From a virus (Duplodnaviria; Heunggongvirae; Uroviricota; Caudoviricetes): 64,000 nt of DNA. Shown in pieces: positions 24,320-33,446 of this stretch. How positions within the stretch are numbered: position 1 is the first letter of the stretch; each line of letters starts with the position of its first letter. Made by a program: the position numbers and the translations under genes. The stretch is taken from IMG/VR virus record IMGVR_UViG_3300028603_000019, positions 131,877 to 195,876 of that record; one strand, written 5' to 3'. The notes beneath the pieces were generated by a model. It saw only the letters and a list, made by a program, of their open reading frames with translations, was not told the origin of the DNA and ran no database searches.

Positions 24320-24724
24320 ATAGTCAGATTAGTCATCACCGGTGGACGTGATTTTCGTCAACGAGATTGGATCACATGGCATATGAATGAATTTCAACGT
24401 GCTCATGGTCCTATCCGCTTATTGATCCATGGGGATGCGAATGGATTGGATCGCACAGCGGGATCGGTCGCCGAAGATATGGGAATTGAAGTCCAGAAAG
24501 TTCCTGCCAAATGGGACGAAATTGATGTTCCCGGTGCAGTGGTGAAGGTCAACAAATTCGGGAGGAAATACAATGTCCTCGCGGGACGATGGAGAAATAC
24601 GGAAATGATTAAGGTCTGGCATCCGGATTTTGGCATGGTATTTCCGGGTGGGAGTGGTACAGCACACATGAAGAATGAAATGATGATCTATGGTGTTCCG
24701 ATATGGGACGCGACCGAACTATGA
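24320..24724 (+). CDS. SLOG-superfamily (YspA/DUF2493-like) protein; apparent ATA start
   Basis: In-frame VITGGRDF upstream of the annotated ATG, then IHGDANGLD, AGRWRN and FPGGSGT. Confidence 0.8.
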   Translation: MVRLVITGGRDFRQRDWITWHMNEFQRAHGPIRLLIHGDANGLDRTAGSVAEDMGIEVQKVPAKWDEIDVPGAVVKVNKFGRKYNVLAGRWRNTEMIKVWHPDFGMVFPGGSGTAHMKNEMMIYGVPIWDATEL

Positions 24725-25371
24725 GCTTGAAGCAAGCCTATGCGGGCGTCGTAAGGAGTGATCCGAAGCGGAGACTAAATGATTTCTATGCGACCCCTCC
24801 AATAGTTCCTTATATCCTGGAACGGTACACGAACATTCCTCACAGAGTCGTGGAACCTTGTGCCGGTCGAGGAAACATTTCTGTAGAGTTGAAACGACTC
24901 GGACATGAAGTCAAGTCATATGACCTCTTTGAGTATGAAAATCCGTTCGTGGATGATATCAAGACTGGAGTGGATGCACTAACTGTGATCAGGCCCAATG
25001 GATACACGGGCCTGATCACCAACCCTCCATATAAAGAGAATTTTCCCAAAAGGCTCCTTGAGAAAGCTGTTCAAGAATATGATTATGTTGCCCTCTTCTT
25101 GAGATTGACCTTCTTGGAGGCCATGAACAGAAAAACCATGTTCAATGACCATACACCATCCAATATTCTGATCATGTCAGACCGAGTCCGGTTCGCAGAA
25201 GATTTAGAACATGAACCCATAGAGGCGAAGGATCAAATCGGAGGCATGATCGCGTATGCCTGGTTTGTATGGGATAAGGATGCCCTTCACGACAATACAC
25301 GGATGAAGTGGATATCACTGGGTGAACAATATCAGGATTGGCGGAATCATTACGAGGAAACGAAATCTTGA
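24721..25371 (+). CDS. Amino-type (N6-A/N4-C) DNA methyltransferase
   Basis: DFYATP, VEPCAGRG (SAM binding), ITNPPY (catalytic). Confidence 0.88.
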   Translation: MSLKQAYAGVVRSDPKRRLNDFYATPPIVPYILERYTNIPHRVVEPCAGRGNISVELKRLGHEVKSYDLFEYENPFVDDIKTGVDALTVIRPNGYTGLITNPPYKENFPKRLLEKAVQEYDYVALFLRLTFLEAMNRKTMFNDHTPSNILIMSDRVRFAEDLEHEPIEAKDQIGGMIAYAWFVWDKDALHDNTRMKWISLGEQYQDWRNHYEETKS

Positions 25372-26453
25372 AGATCCTTCTGCCGTATTCTTCCCATCAC
25401 ATGGACCTCGACGGAACATTCGTGACGGGCGGAGTTGAGAAATTTATTCAGCTCCTGTATCATAATTTGGACGCTGAAGTGATCCCCGTTCCGTGTTCAA
25501 AAGAGGAACAGAAGACAAGGACGGTGACTTCCAAGGTGGTCTCCATCGCAAAAAACCACGATGTTGACGTGATCGTTTCCAATTATGATTCGCAACCGCT
25601 CACGAATAATCTCCGAAATATCATACCAGAGGTTCCCGTGATGTGGATTTCTCATACTGGAGCCAATGGGATCAGTATAATTAACAAGATCAAGAATATC
25701 AAGAGTTTTGTAGAAACGGGCGGTACACTGTTTCTCATGAGTGAGCGGCAATACCTGCTTCATAACAAGAAATCTCAAGTTCATAACGGCTGTGACATGA
25801 TTCTCAACGGCGGCTACATCAATTCAGCATTCTGCACAGGCGATGAAGCACCATCAGAGATTGAATATGATGCTGTGACCGTCGGTCGTCTTGATCCACT
25901 CAAAAATCCATTCTGGCTCCACAGGAAAATGAGCGGATCTGGAAGACACTCTTTGATCATGAGCACCTATTTGAAACATCGATCATCGGCACAATTTCTT
26001 GAATACAAATCCAAAAATGAGCACTGGAAATATCCACAAGAAACTGTATACGATCTTCCATACAAGGAAGTTATGGATACCATGAGCAAGGGAGCTTGCT
26101 ACGTGTCCACGTGTTATGACGAGACCTGGGGTATCACTGCCTTGGAATCGCTGGCACATGGTCTTCCGCTCGTGTTGGTGACAGATAAATATGAAAAACA
26201 CGGATCGGATGGGATACCAGCTTCTATGGATCACGTGAGAAAAGTCCGATCCACGATTTCCAAATCGGATTTCATTGAAATCGTGGATCATTTCAAGACA
26301 TATTCCATGGATCAGAGGCGCGAGATTTCAGATCTCACCAAGGAAAAGCACACTCGTGAAAAATGGAAGTCTTCCATCATGAACGCCATTGACAAGACGA
26401 TTGAGAACAATTCCAAGATCTCGGCACATAACTTGATGAGTTTCACGCAATGA
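25368..26453 (+). CDS. GT-B fold (GT4-like) glycosyltransferase A
   Basis: GGVEKF, VGRL, ETWGITALESLAHGLP; TTG start. Confidence 0.85.
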   Translation: MKILLPYSSHHMDLDGTFVTGGVEKFIQLLYHNLDAEVIPVPCSKEEQKTRTVTSKVVSIAKNHDVDVIVSNYDSQPLTNNLRNIIPEVPVMWISHTGANGISIINKIKNIKSFVETGGTLFLMSERQYLLHNKKSQVHNGCDMILNGGYINSAFCTGDEAPSEIEYDAVTVGRLDPLKNPFWLHRKMSGSGRHSLIMSTYLKHRSSAQFLEYKSKNEHWKYPQETVYDLPYKEVMDTMSKGACYVSTCYDETWGITALESLAHGLPLVLVTDKYEKHGSDGIPASMDHVRKVRSTISKSDFIEIVDHFKTYSMDQRREISDLTKEKHTREKWKSSIMNAIDKTIENNSKISAHNLMSFTQ

Positions 26454-27541
26454 AAATATTGATGCCGTATTGCACAAGAAGCGGAATTACCATCGATAAT
26501 TCCCGTATCTTGGGTGGCCTTGAGAAATTCGCACAGAACATCTACAAGAACATAGATGCTGAGATTATCCCTCTCCATTACACAGAAGAGGACAGGAAAC
26601 GGCATCTGGTCACCAACATGGTCGTCCAGGAAGCCATGAAACAGAACGTGGACTTCATTCTCAGCAATTATGAAAATGAGACACTGACCCTTAATGTTCA
26701 AGCTAGGCTTCCAGAAATACCCATCATGTGGATTTCACACTCTTGCGCTGGAGGAATCGGACGAATCGGGCAGATGGAATCAATGCGTGAATTTGTGGAA
26801 AACGGCGGCACCCTGTTCATGATGTCCGAGAATCAATATAATGGCCTCGAAAAAGCATCCCGCAGGATCCATGGCAAAGGAATTATCCTCAACGGCGGCT
26901 ACATCAATTCAGCATTCTGCACAGGCGATGAAGCACCATCGGAGATTGAATATGATGCTGTGACCATAGGACGCCTGAACAAAGAGAAACAGCCCTTCTG
27001 GATCCACCGAAGAGGATACAAACATAAGAAGCGGACACTAGTCATGACGAGTAATGTCGAGGAATTTATGACTGATATTGCCAAAGATTATTATTCCAAG
27101 CACCTCCATTGGGTATATCCTCAAGAAACGTTGTATAATCTGTCACACGCCGAGAACATGAGCTATCTCGCAAAGGGTGCCTGTTATGTCTCGACTCATC
27201 CACGAGAATCCTGGGGTATCACGGCCCTTGAAGCATTGTCTCATGGAATTCCGTTATTCTTGAAGTGTGACATGACTGGTATTCATTCTTCGGAGTGTAT
27301 CCCGGCATCACCAGATCATTACAAGAAAGCGATAGCGTCTCAAGTTGACGCGGATATATTTGCGGATATATGTGATCACTTCAAATCATATTCCATGGAT
27401 CAGAGGCATGAAATATCGGGAATGACTAAGGAAAAGCACACTCGTGAAAAATGGAAGTCTTCCATCATGAATGCCATTGACAAGACGATTGAGAACCACA
27501 AGAAACATACTAGGACAAGCCTAATGGACTTTATCACATGA
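26450..27541 (+). CDS. GT-B fold (GT4-like) glycosyltransferase B, tandem paralogue
   Basis: GGLEKF, IGRL, ESWGITALEALSHGIP. Confidence 0.85.
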   Translation: MKILMPYCTRSGITIDNSRILGGLEKFAQNIYKNIDAEIIPLHYTEEDRKRHLVTNMVVQEAMKQNVDFILSNYENETLTLNVQARLPEIPIMWISHSCAGGIGRIGQMESMREFVENGGTLFMMSENQYNGLEKASRRIHGKGIILNGGYINSAFCTGDEAPSEIEYDAVTIGRLNKEKQPFWIHRRGYKHKKRTLVMTSNVEEFMTDIAKDYYSKHLHWVYPQETLYNLSHAENMSYLAKGACYVSTHPRESWGITALEALSHGIPLFLKCDMTGIHSSECIPASPDHYKKAIASQVDADIFADICDHFKSYSMDQRHEISGMTKEKHTREKWKSSIMNAIDKTIENHKKHTRTSLMDFIT

Positions 27542-28170
27542 AGCACCTCTTTATTGATTGCGAAACGATGGGAACAAACACATACGATTGCGCTGTCATT
27601 GACTTCAGTGCTTTCGTATTGGATACCGACATAATTCTTTCAAATAATCCATACACTCTTAAAACCATAGTGGACGTGAAAAGATTTAAGCTGAACATTG
27701 AAAAACAGGTTGCCAAGCATGGTTTTAAGGTATATAGTGATACCATAAAGTTTTGGCAAGAGCAGCCCGATTCAGTCAGAAAAAGAATAGCTCCTTCCAA
27801 AGACGACCTCACCCTAGAGGATTTCTCCCATCAATTCCTGGCCTATCTTTCTCAATACGGAAAGATTGATTATTGGTGGTCCAGAAATAACGCATTTGAT
27901 CCATTAATTCTATGGCGCCTTTTTGAATCCGCCGGGAAATCCAAACTCATCTATGAATATCTTCTTCATTGGAAACTCCGGGATATCCGAACCTTCATTG
28001 ATGCCAAGTTGGATTTCCCCATCAAGAACGGATTTGTCCCTGTTCAAGATGAAGACTTCTGGAACAAGGTCTTTCAAGAACATGATTCATCGTGGGACGT
28101 CCTCGCTGATGTCCTTCGATTCCAAGCCATCACAAGAGCAGAGCACGATCTTCCGGGAGTTACCAGATAA
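27538..28170 (+). CDS. dexA: DEDDh 3'-5' exonuclease, DexA-like
   Basis: IDCETMG, AFDP, RDIRT, HDSSWDV. Confidence 0.75.
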   Translation: MKHLFIDCETMGTNTYDCAVIDFSAFVLDTDIILSNNPYTLKTIVDVKRFKLNIEKQVAKHGFKVYSDTIKFWQEQPDSVRKRIAPSKDDLTLEDFSHQFLAYLSQYGKIDYWWSRNNAFDPLILWRLFESAGKSKLIYEYLLHWKLRDIRTFIDAKLDFPIKNGFVPVQDEDFWNKVFQEHDSSWDVLADVLRFQAITRAEHDLPGVTR

Positions 28171-29055
28171 TTGAATTTGAATGTAAAAATTGAAGACCTA
28201 CAAAAACACTCCCTCTTTGTCGGAGTTCCAATGTATGGCGGACAGGCATCTGGTTTATTCACGAGATCCATGGTAGACCTATCTATCAAGTGTACACGCT
28301 ATGGCATACCCATGCGGTTCTATTCACTATTCAATGAGAGTCTAATACCGCGCGCGAGAAACTACATCGTGGATGAATTTCTCCGATCGGAAGCTTCCCA
28401 TTTCATATTCATCGACTCTGATATCGGGTTTAACGCCGATGATGTGATCGCGATGATGGCTATTCAAATCTCCGATCCCGATAAATACAATGTGGTGACC
28501 GCTCCCTATAACAAAAAGACTATAGCATGGGAGAAAGTGAAGCTTGCTGTAAATTCCGGCAAAGTAGATAATCCATTCGATCTTCCCAAATATGCAGGAG
28601 ACTTCGTTCTCAACCAGGTAGAGGGAAAGACCAATTTCAGGTTGGATGAGCCTGTTCAAGTCCAGGAAGCCGGCACTGGCTTCATGATGATAACAAGAAA
28701 TACTCTAGAAACCTATTCAGACACGTTTCCCGAGTATAAATACTTTCCCGACCATATCAGAAGCGATAACTTCGATGGATCACGAGAAATCACCGCCTTC
28801 TTCGACTGCGTGATTGATCCGGATTCGAGAAGGTATCTGTCCGAGGACTATTTCTTCTGTAGGAATATCACGAAAATTGGCATGAAAGTTTGGATGTGTC
28901 CCTGGATGGAACTCATCCATGTTGGCTCCTATAATTACAGCGGAACTATTGCCGCCTTAGGTAGTCTAGGAGAATCGTTGACTGCGTCTGAAAAGAGCAA
29001 GACCAAGAATTACACATCTTCCAAAAACCGAAAGAAACGGGCCTTTCGCCCATAA
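28171..29055 (+). CDS. GT-A fold glycosyltransferase-like protein
   Basis: GVPMYGG, ESLIPRARN, FIDSDIGF, LSEDYFFCR. Confidence 0.8.
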   Translation: MNLNVKIEDLQKHSLFVGVPMYGGQASGLFTRSMVDLSIKCTRYGIPMRFYSLFNESLIPRARNYIVDEFLRSEASHFIFIDSDIGFNADDVIAMMAIQISDPDKYNVVTAPYNKKTIAWEKVKLAVNSGKVDNPFDLPKYAGDFVLNQVEGKTNFRLDEPVQVQEAGTGFMMITRNTLETYSDTFPEYKYFPDHIRSDNFDGSREITAFFDCVIDPDSRRYLSEDYFFCRNITKIGMKVWMCPWMELIHVGSYNYSGTIAALGSLGESLTASEKSKTKNYTSSKNRKKRAFRP

Positions 29056-29058
29056 ATT

Positions 29059-29739
29059 ATGCAAGGAGTTACAATCTTGAAGTTTTCAAAAGAAACCTTG
29101 ACCGTTCTCAAGAATTTCTCGACTATCAACCAGAGCATCCTCTTCAAAGAGGGCAGCGAAATCAAGACCATCAGTCCACAAAAGACCGTGATGGCATCCG
29201 CGAATATCACAGAGGATATTCCCTCGCAAGCTGGCATCTATGATCTGGCCAGGTTCCTATCTGTCCATTCCCTGTTTGAGAATCCTGATATTGAATTTGG
29301 CGACAAGTTCCTGACCATTCAGGAAGGGAAACGGAAGACCAAGTATACCTATGCCGATCCTTCCATGATGATCCTGCCTCCAGAGAAGGAAGTGAAAATC
29401 CCTTCTATTGATGTAGAAGTGGATGTGTCATCATCCGATATCGACAGTGTGATGAAAGCTGCGTCTTCACTAAGGCTCCCAGAAATTGCCTTTATCGGCA
29501 GGGAAGGAACGTGTTACCTCGCGGCGGTTGATTCCGGTAATCCGTCTTCCGATACATTTGAAGTGGAACTTGGCGACACGGAAGATGATTTCCAACTGAT
29601 CATCAAATTGGAAAACCTCAATGTGCTCCCGTCGGATTACAAGGTTGGTCTCTGCTCCAAGGGGATTTCAAAGTTCACCTCGGACACAGCTACCTATTTC
29701 ATCGCAATCGAATCCAAGTCACACTACAAGAAGGGCTAA
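29059..29739 (+). CDS. gp45: Sliding clamp
   Basis: KFSKETLTVLKNFSTINQSI, GIYDLARFL. Confidence 0.95.
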   Translation: MQGVTILKFSKETLTVLKNFSTINQSILFKEGSEIKTISPQKTVMASANITEDIPSQAGIYDLARFLSVHSLFENPDIEFGDKFLTIQEGKRKTKYTYADPSMMILPPEKEVKIPSIDVEVDVSSSDIDSVMKAASSLRLPEIAFIGREGTCYLAAVDSGNPSSDTFEVELGDTEDDFQLIIKLENLNVLPSDYKVGLCSKGISKFTSDTATYFIAIESKSHYKKG

Positions 29740-29745
29740 TCATTC

Positions 29746-29937
29746 ATGGCAGAGGACATTACGGTACAAGATATCAATGCCGCAATTCAGATCATCGATG
29801 TTTGCTCGACCCGAGGGGCATTCAAGGGTGAGGAACTCGCAGAGGTCGGGACGCTGAGAAATAAGTTTGCAGCCGTTTTGAAATCAGCATCTGAACCAGC
29901 AGAGGCGCCCGACGAGGATCTTGCGGTAGAAGATTGA
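29746..29937 (+). CDS. Small hypothetical protein of T4-like phages
   Basis: IIDVCSTRGAFKGEEL motif between gp45 and gp44. Confidence 0.75.
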   Translation: MAEDITVQDINAAIQIIDVCSTRGAFKGEELAEVGTLRNKFAAVLKSASEPAEAPDEDLAVED

Positions 29938-29939
29938 TG

Positions 29940-29970
29940 GGTTGGGCATCAATTTGCCCAGCCAATTTTT
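29940..29970 (+). terminator. Intrinsic terminator-like hairpin
   Basis: GGTTGGGCA/TGCCCAGCC stem followed by AATTTTT. Confidence 0.6.
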
Positions 29971-29994
29971 GATGATGCACATAATGGAGCTCAA

Positions 29995-30933
29995 ATGCTT
30001 GCCGATGAAAAACTCTGGGTAGAGAAATACCGTCCACAGAAAATCACCGATACCATTCTACCAGAGAAGCTGAAAAAGACCTTTCAGCAATTTGTGGACA
30101 AGAAGGATATTCCCAACCTACTCCTATCTGGTCCGCCGGGAACGGGCAAGACCACTGTTGCCAAGGCAATGCTCAAGGAACTGGACGCTGACTACATTGT
30201 CATCAAAGGATCATTGAATGGTGGCGTGGATGCCATTCGCCATGAGATTTCCAATTTTGCCTCGTCAGTTTCATTTTCCGGCGGCCGGAAATACGTGATC
30301 ATCGATGAAGCAGATTATCTCACGGCCGCGGCGCAGGCCGGTATGCGGAACCTTGAGGACTTCAGCAAAAATTGCGGGTTTATCCTGACCTGCAACTTCA
30401 AGAATCGGATGATTGAACCCATCCATTCTCGGTATTCTCTCGTGGACTTCTCCATTGAACGGTCCGAGAAGCCCAAGATGGCAGTGCAGTTCTTCAAACG
30501 GGTCCTTGGTATTCTGGAACAAGAGGGTATCGAATATGACAAAGCGACGATAGTCAAAGTCGTTGAGAAGTATTTTCCGGACTTTCGTCGAATCCTGAAT
30601 GAGATCCAACTATACTCTGCGACGGGGAAAATTGACGAGGGCATCTTCGTCAACTTCAAGCAAGAGTCCATCGACGAACTGTTCGGTTTCCTTCGGGAAA
30701 AGAACTTCACGGAGATGAGAAAGTGGGTAGCCTCTAATTCAGATCAAGACTGCACGGAGATATTCCGAAAAGTGTATGAAACTGGATTAGAACAAATTGA
30801 AATGCGCAGTATGCCCACATTGGTAGTGGAACTTGCGGATTATCAATACAAGCACCAGTTTGTGGCCGATCCGGAAATTAACATGGTGGCATTCCTGACC
30901 ACGATCATGGTTGAATGTCAGTTTAAACCCTAG
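29995..30933 (+). CDS. gp44: Clamp loader ATPase subunit
   Basis: WVEKYRP, GPPGTGKTT, IIDEAD, HSR, PDFRR. Confidence 0.96.
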   Translation: MLADEKLWVEKYRPQKITDTILPEKLKKTFQQFVDKKDIPNLLLSGPPGTGKTTVAKAMLKELDADYIVIKGSLNGGVDAIRHEISNFASSVSFSGGRKYVIIDEADYLTAAAQAGMRNLEDFSKNCGFILTCNFKNRMIEPIHSRYSLVDFSIERSEKPKMAVQFFKRVLGILEQEGIEYDKATIVKVVEKYFPDFRRILNEIQLYSATGKIDEGIFVNFKQESIDELFGFLREKNFTEMRKWVASNSDQDCTEIFRKVYETGLEQIEMRSMPTLVVELADYQYKHQFVADPEINMVAFLTTIMVECQFKP

Positions 30934-30945
30934 GGGAGTTTAATT

Positions 30946-31776
30946 ATGCGAAATGTGAAAACTGTATCTACATACAAGGTCGGTGGTCTTACTGTAGAGT
31001 GGAATGAAATCGTTGAAGCCAAAGTGAGATGGAAATTCGATAAGTCAATGATGGAATTTCTGGAACCCTTGCTACAAGAACTTGATACTGGAGAAAGAGA
31101 CCGTGGTGAAGATCAGCAGGTGCCAGAATTCAAGTCAGTGAGAACAAATCTAGAGGATATATCGCCCGTAAGAAAGGTTTTCATGGTGGATATTCCTGAT
31201 ATTACTGAAGAAGAGGTAGCGAGTTACCTATCTCATCCACTTCCGCATATGGAAATCGGGGGACAAACAGCAAATGTAGGTTCTCTTGGCTCTAATCCTT
31301 TTGAATATCAAGCGCCAATATCATACACTGCCGCATCCGCAAAAGACAGAGCCGTAAAACGAATCGAGAATGAATTTGATAAAACTAAGGAAACCGCTGA
31401 AGCCATTAAGATTCCGAACGAGAATACTCCTCCTTTGAATCAAAACAAGTCACTATTCAGGGCGAGTTCGCGGGATACCTTTAGTGTTAAGGTCCAAGGT
31501 CAAGATTATATAGTGTTGCCCCTTTTTGACGTAAATAAAGAAACACTGGAGCCTTATGTTCATTTCCAGTATCGGAAACCAGGAAGCCTGGAACTTTCCA
31601 ATCCATTGGCCACTATACTACCCTTAGGGGTATCACAAACATTATCTGAGTCGGGTCAGGAAGCAATCATAAAAATCTTGGAGACGGAGATTGAAAATAT
31701 CATTGGTATTGCCGACGGCGATGTGAAACAATTAGCTGCCAGCCTTCTTCCGCCCAAAAAATCAGAACCGACCTAG
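30946..31776 (+). CDS. Hypothetical protein inserted between gp44 and gp62
   Basis: 276-aa ORF with GGAG RBS; no recognised motif. Confidence 0.75.
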   Translation: MRNVKTVSTYKVGGLTVEWNEIVEAKVRWKFDKSMMEFLEPLLQELDTGERDRGEDQQVPEFKSVRTNLEDISPVRKVFMVDIPDITEEEVASYLSHPLPHMEIGGQTANVGSLGSNPFEYQAPISYTAASAKDRAVKRIENEFDKTKETAEAIKIPNENTPPLNQNKSLFRASSRDTFSVKVQGQDYIVLPLFDVNKETLEPYVHFQYRKPGSLELSNPLATILPLGVSQTLSESGQEAIIKILETEIENIIGIADGDVKQLAASLLPPKKSEPT

Positions 31777-31962
31777 ATGTTCTGGCGCAAGGAAATCAAG
31801 TGTCGCCTTTGCTCGGAGAAAGTTAAAGAGAAAGACTCGTACCGAGCAAAGGTGGAGACAGCAGACGGTCCAATTATACTGAGAATCTGTCCGAGTTGTG
31901 CAGAAACTCTAGATGCAATTATTGAGGTGTTGAGTGAGCCAGAAAGATCCGACCCCCTTTGA
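31777..31962 (+). CDS. Small zinc-finger-like protein
   Basis: CRLC ... CPSC. Confidence 0.6.
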   Translation: MFWRKEIKCRLCSEKVKEKDSYRAKVETADGPIILRICPSCAETLDAIIEVLSEPERSDPL

Positions 31963-32338
31963 CTTCATCGCTGCTGTAGGCCAGACCAAGGTCGACATGC
32001 TTGCTAATGATCCGTCAATGGAGAAAGCCTATACTCCATATGTGATCAACAGGGGGTTCTCATATTTCATCGACACGATTCTTCATGCAAACGAGATGAA
32101 TATCAAGAATAATCTGGACAACGGACCTCAGTTCTATTACTACATGGGGTCGCTGCCTTCCAAGAAAAGGTTCTCCAAATGGCACAAAGCCGAGAAAAGT
32201 GAGAGCCTGGACTTGATACAAGAGCACTATGGTGTCCGTCGGGAGATTGCCAAACAATACTTGAAGATCCTCGGTGAATCTGACCTTGAAAATATCCGTG
32301 AAATTCATGACCAAGGTGGGACATCAAAAACTAAATAG
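31934..32338 (+). CDS. gp62: Clamp loader small subunit
   Basis: PFDFI, YTPYVINRGFSYFIDT..ANEMN, KKRFSKW. Confidence 0.92.
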   Translation: MSQKDPTPFDFIAAVGQTKVDMLANDPSMEKAYTPYVINRGFSYFIDTILHANEMNIKNNLDNGPQFYYYMGSLPSKKRFSKWHKAEKSESLDLIQEHYGVRREIAKQYLKILGESDLENIREIHDQGGTSKTK

Positions 32339-32368
32339 GAAGAGCCAAGATAATGAATAACAAGAAGA

Positions 32369-32830
32369 GTGAGCTTTGGCATGAACATCAGCGAGGATAT
32401 TTTTCAAGGAATTGGAGTTGAAATCAGACTCAACTCCCCCGACGACTTCCTGAAAATTCGAGAGACGCTGACCAGAATCGGGATATCTTCAAAGTCCGGA
32501 GATACACTGTATCAGTCTTGTCATATCCTGCACAAGCGTGATCGTGACAGTGCCGGAAAGAGTAGATACGTGATAGCCCATTTCAAGGAACTCTTTATCC
32601 TCGACGGCAAAGATTCCACTCTAGGAGAAGAGGATATCTCTCGAAGGAACACGGTCACGAATCTTCTGGAAGAATGGGAACTCCTGACCATCCTGGACTA
32701 TGAAAAATCTGGTTCTCCAGTTGCTCCTCTTCATAAACTCAAGATCATCCCATTTAGTGAAAAATCAAAATGGGTTCTAAGACAGAAATACACAATCGGA
32801 CATCATGTAAAGGACGTGAAAACAAGATGA
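32369..32830 (+). CDS. regA: Translational repressor RegA
   Basis: DDFLKIRETLTRIGI, LYQSCHILHK, HFKELF. Confidence 0.95.
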   Translation: MSFGMNISEDIFQGIGVEIRLNSPDDFLKIRETLTRIGISSKSGDTLYQSCHILHKRDRDSAGKSRYVIAHFKELFILDGKDSTLGEEDISRRNTVTNLLEEWELLTILDYEKSGSPVAPLHKLKIIPFSEKSKWVLRQKYTIGHHVKDVKTR

Positions 32831-33348
32831 AGACATTTCAGATGAAAGTATTTAAGGTCAACCCGGAAGCACAACTCCCGGAGTTCGCGACCGCTGGAAG
32901 CGGGGCATTCGATGTCCGTGCTTGCCTGGCCGAAGGTGGATCAGTAGTCACCTATAACCCACACAACAGGCAGGTGATTGTGCCCGTCAAGATGAACCGT
33001 GGTGTGCCTTTCATTCGATGTCATCCACAATTCAGGTTGCTGATTCCGACCGGCTTGATTTTTGACATTCCAGCCGGAAACGTGATCAAGATATTTCCGA
33101 GGTCGGGATTGGCCACGAAACTGGGTCTGGTCCTTGCGAATCAAACGGCAATCATCGATTCGGACTATGTAGATGAAACAATCGTGATTGTGCATAACAA
33201 TTCAGATACCCCGGTTGACATCGTTCACGGAGACCGAATCGCTCAAGGTCGGTTGGAAAAGAATCTAAGATATGCCTTTGAAGAGGCATCCGAAGCACCA
33301 GAAAGAACAACTCGCAACGGTGGGATTGGATCAACCGGCGTGGAGTGA
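32827..33348 (+). CDS. dut: Trimeric dUTPase
   Basis: AGSGAFD, IPTG, PRSGLA, IIDSDY, RIAQ, RNGGIGSTG; start reassigned to MKTFQ. Confidence 0.93.
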   Translation: MKTFQMKVFKVNPEAQLPEFATAGSGAFDVRACLAEGGSVVTYNPHNRQVIVPVKMNRGVPFIRCHPQFRLLIPTGLIFDIPAGNVIKIFPRSGLATKLGLVLANQTAIIDSDYVDETIVIVHNNSDTPVDIVHGDRIAQGRLEKNLRYAFEEASEAPERTTRNGGIGSTGVE

Positions 33349-33384
33349 AACAGAGATCCTGGAGTGATTTCCAGGTATAACCCG

Positions 33385-33446
33385 GATGGGGCGCCATTAA
33401 GGGTCCCATCATCAATCTTGCTCAAATGAGGAGAACACTAAACATG
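33385..33446 (+). promoter_or_regulatory. ROSE-like RNA thermometer in the hsp20 5' UTR
   Basis: TCTTGCTC-aaat-GAGGAGA (33416-33434) folds with a bulged G opposite the SD, the U(U/C)GCU ROSE signature; extra upstream hairpin GATGGG/CCCATC (33385-33410); start ATG 33444. Confidence 0.7.
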
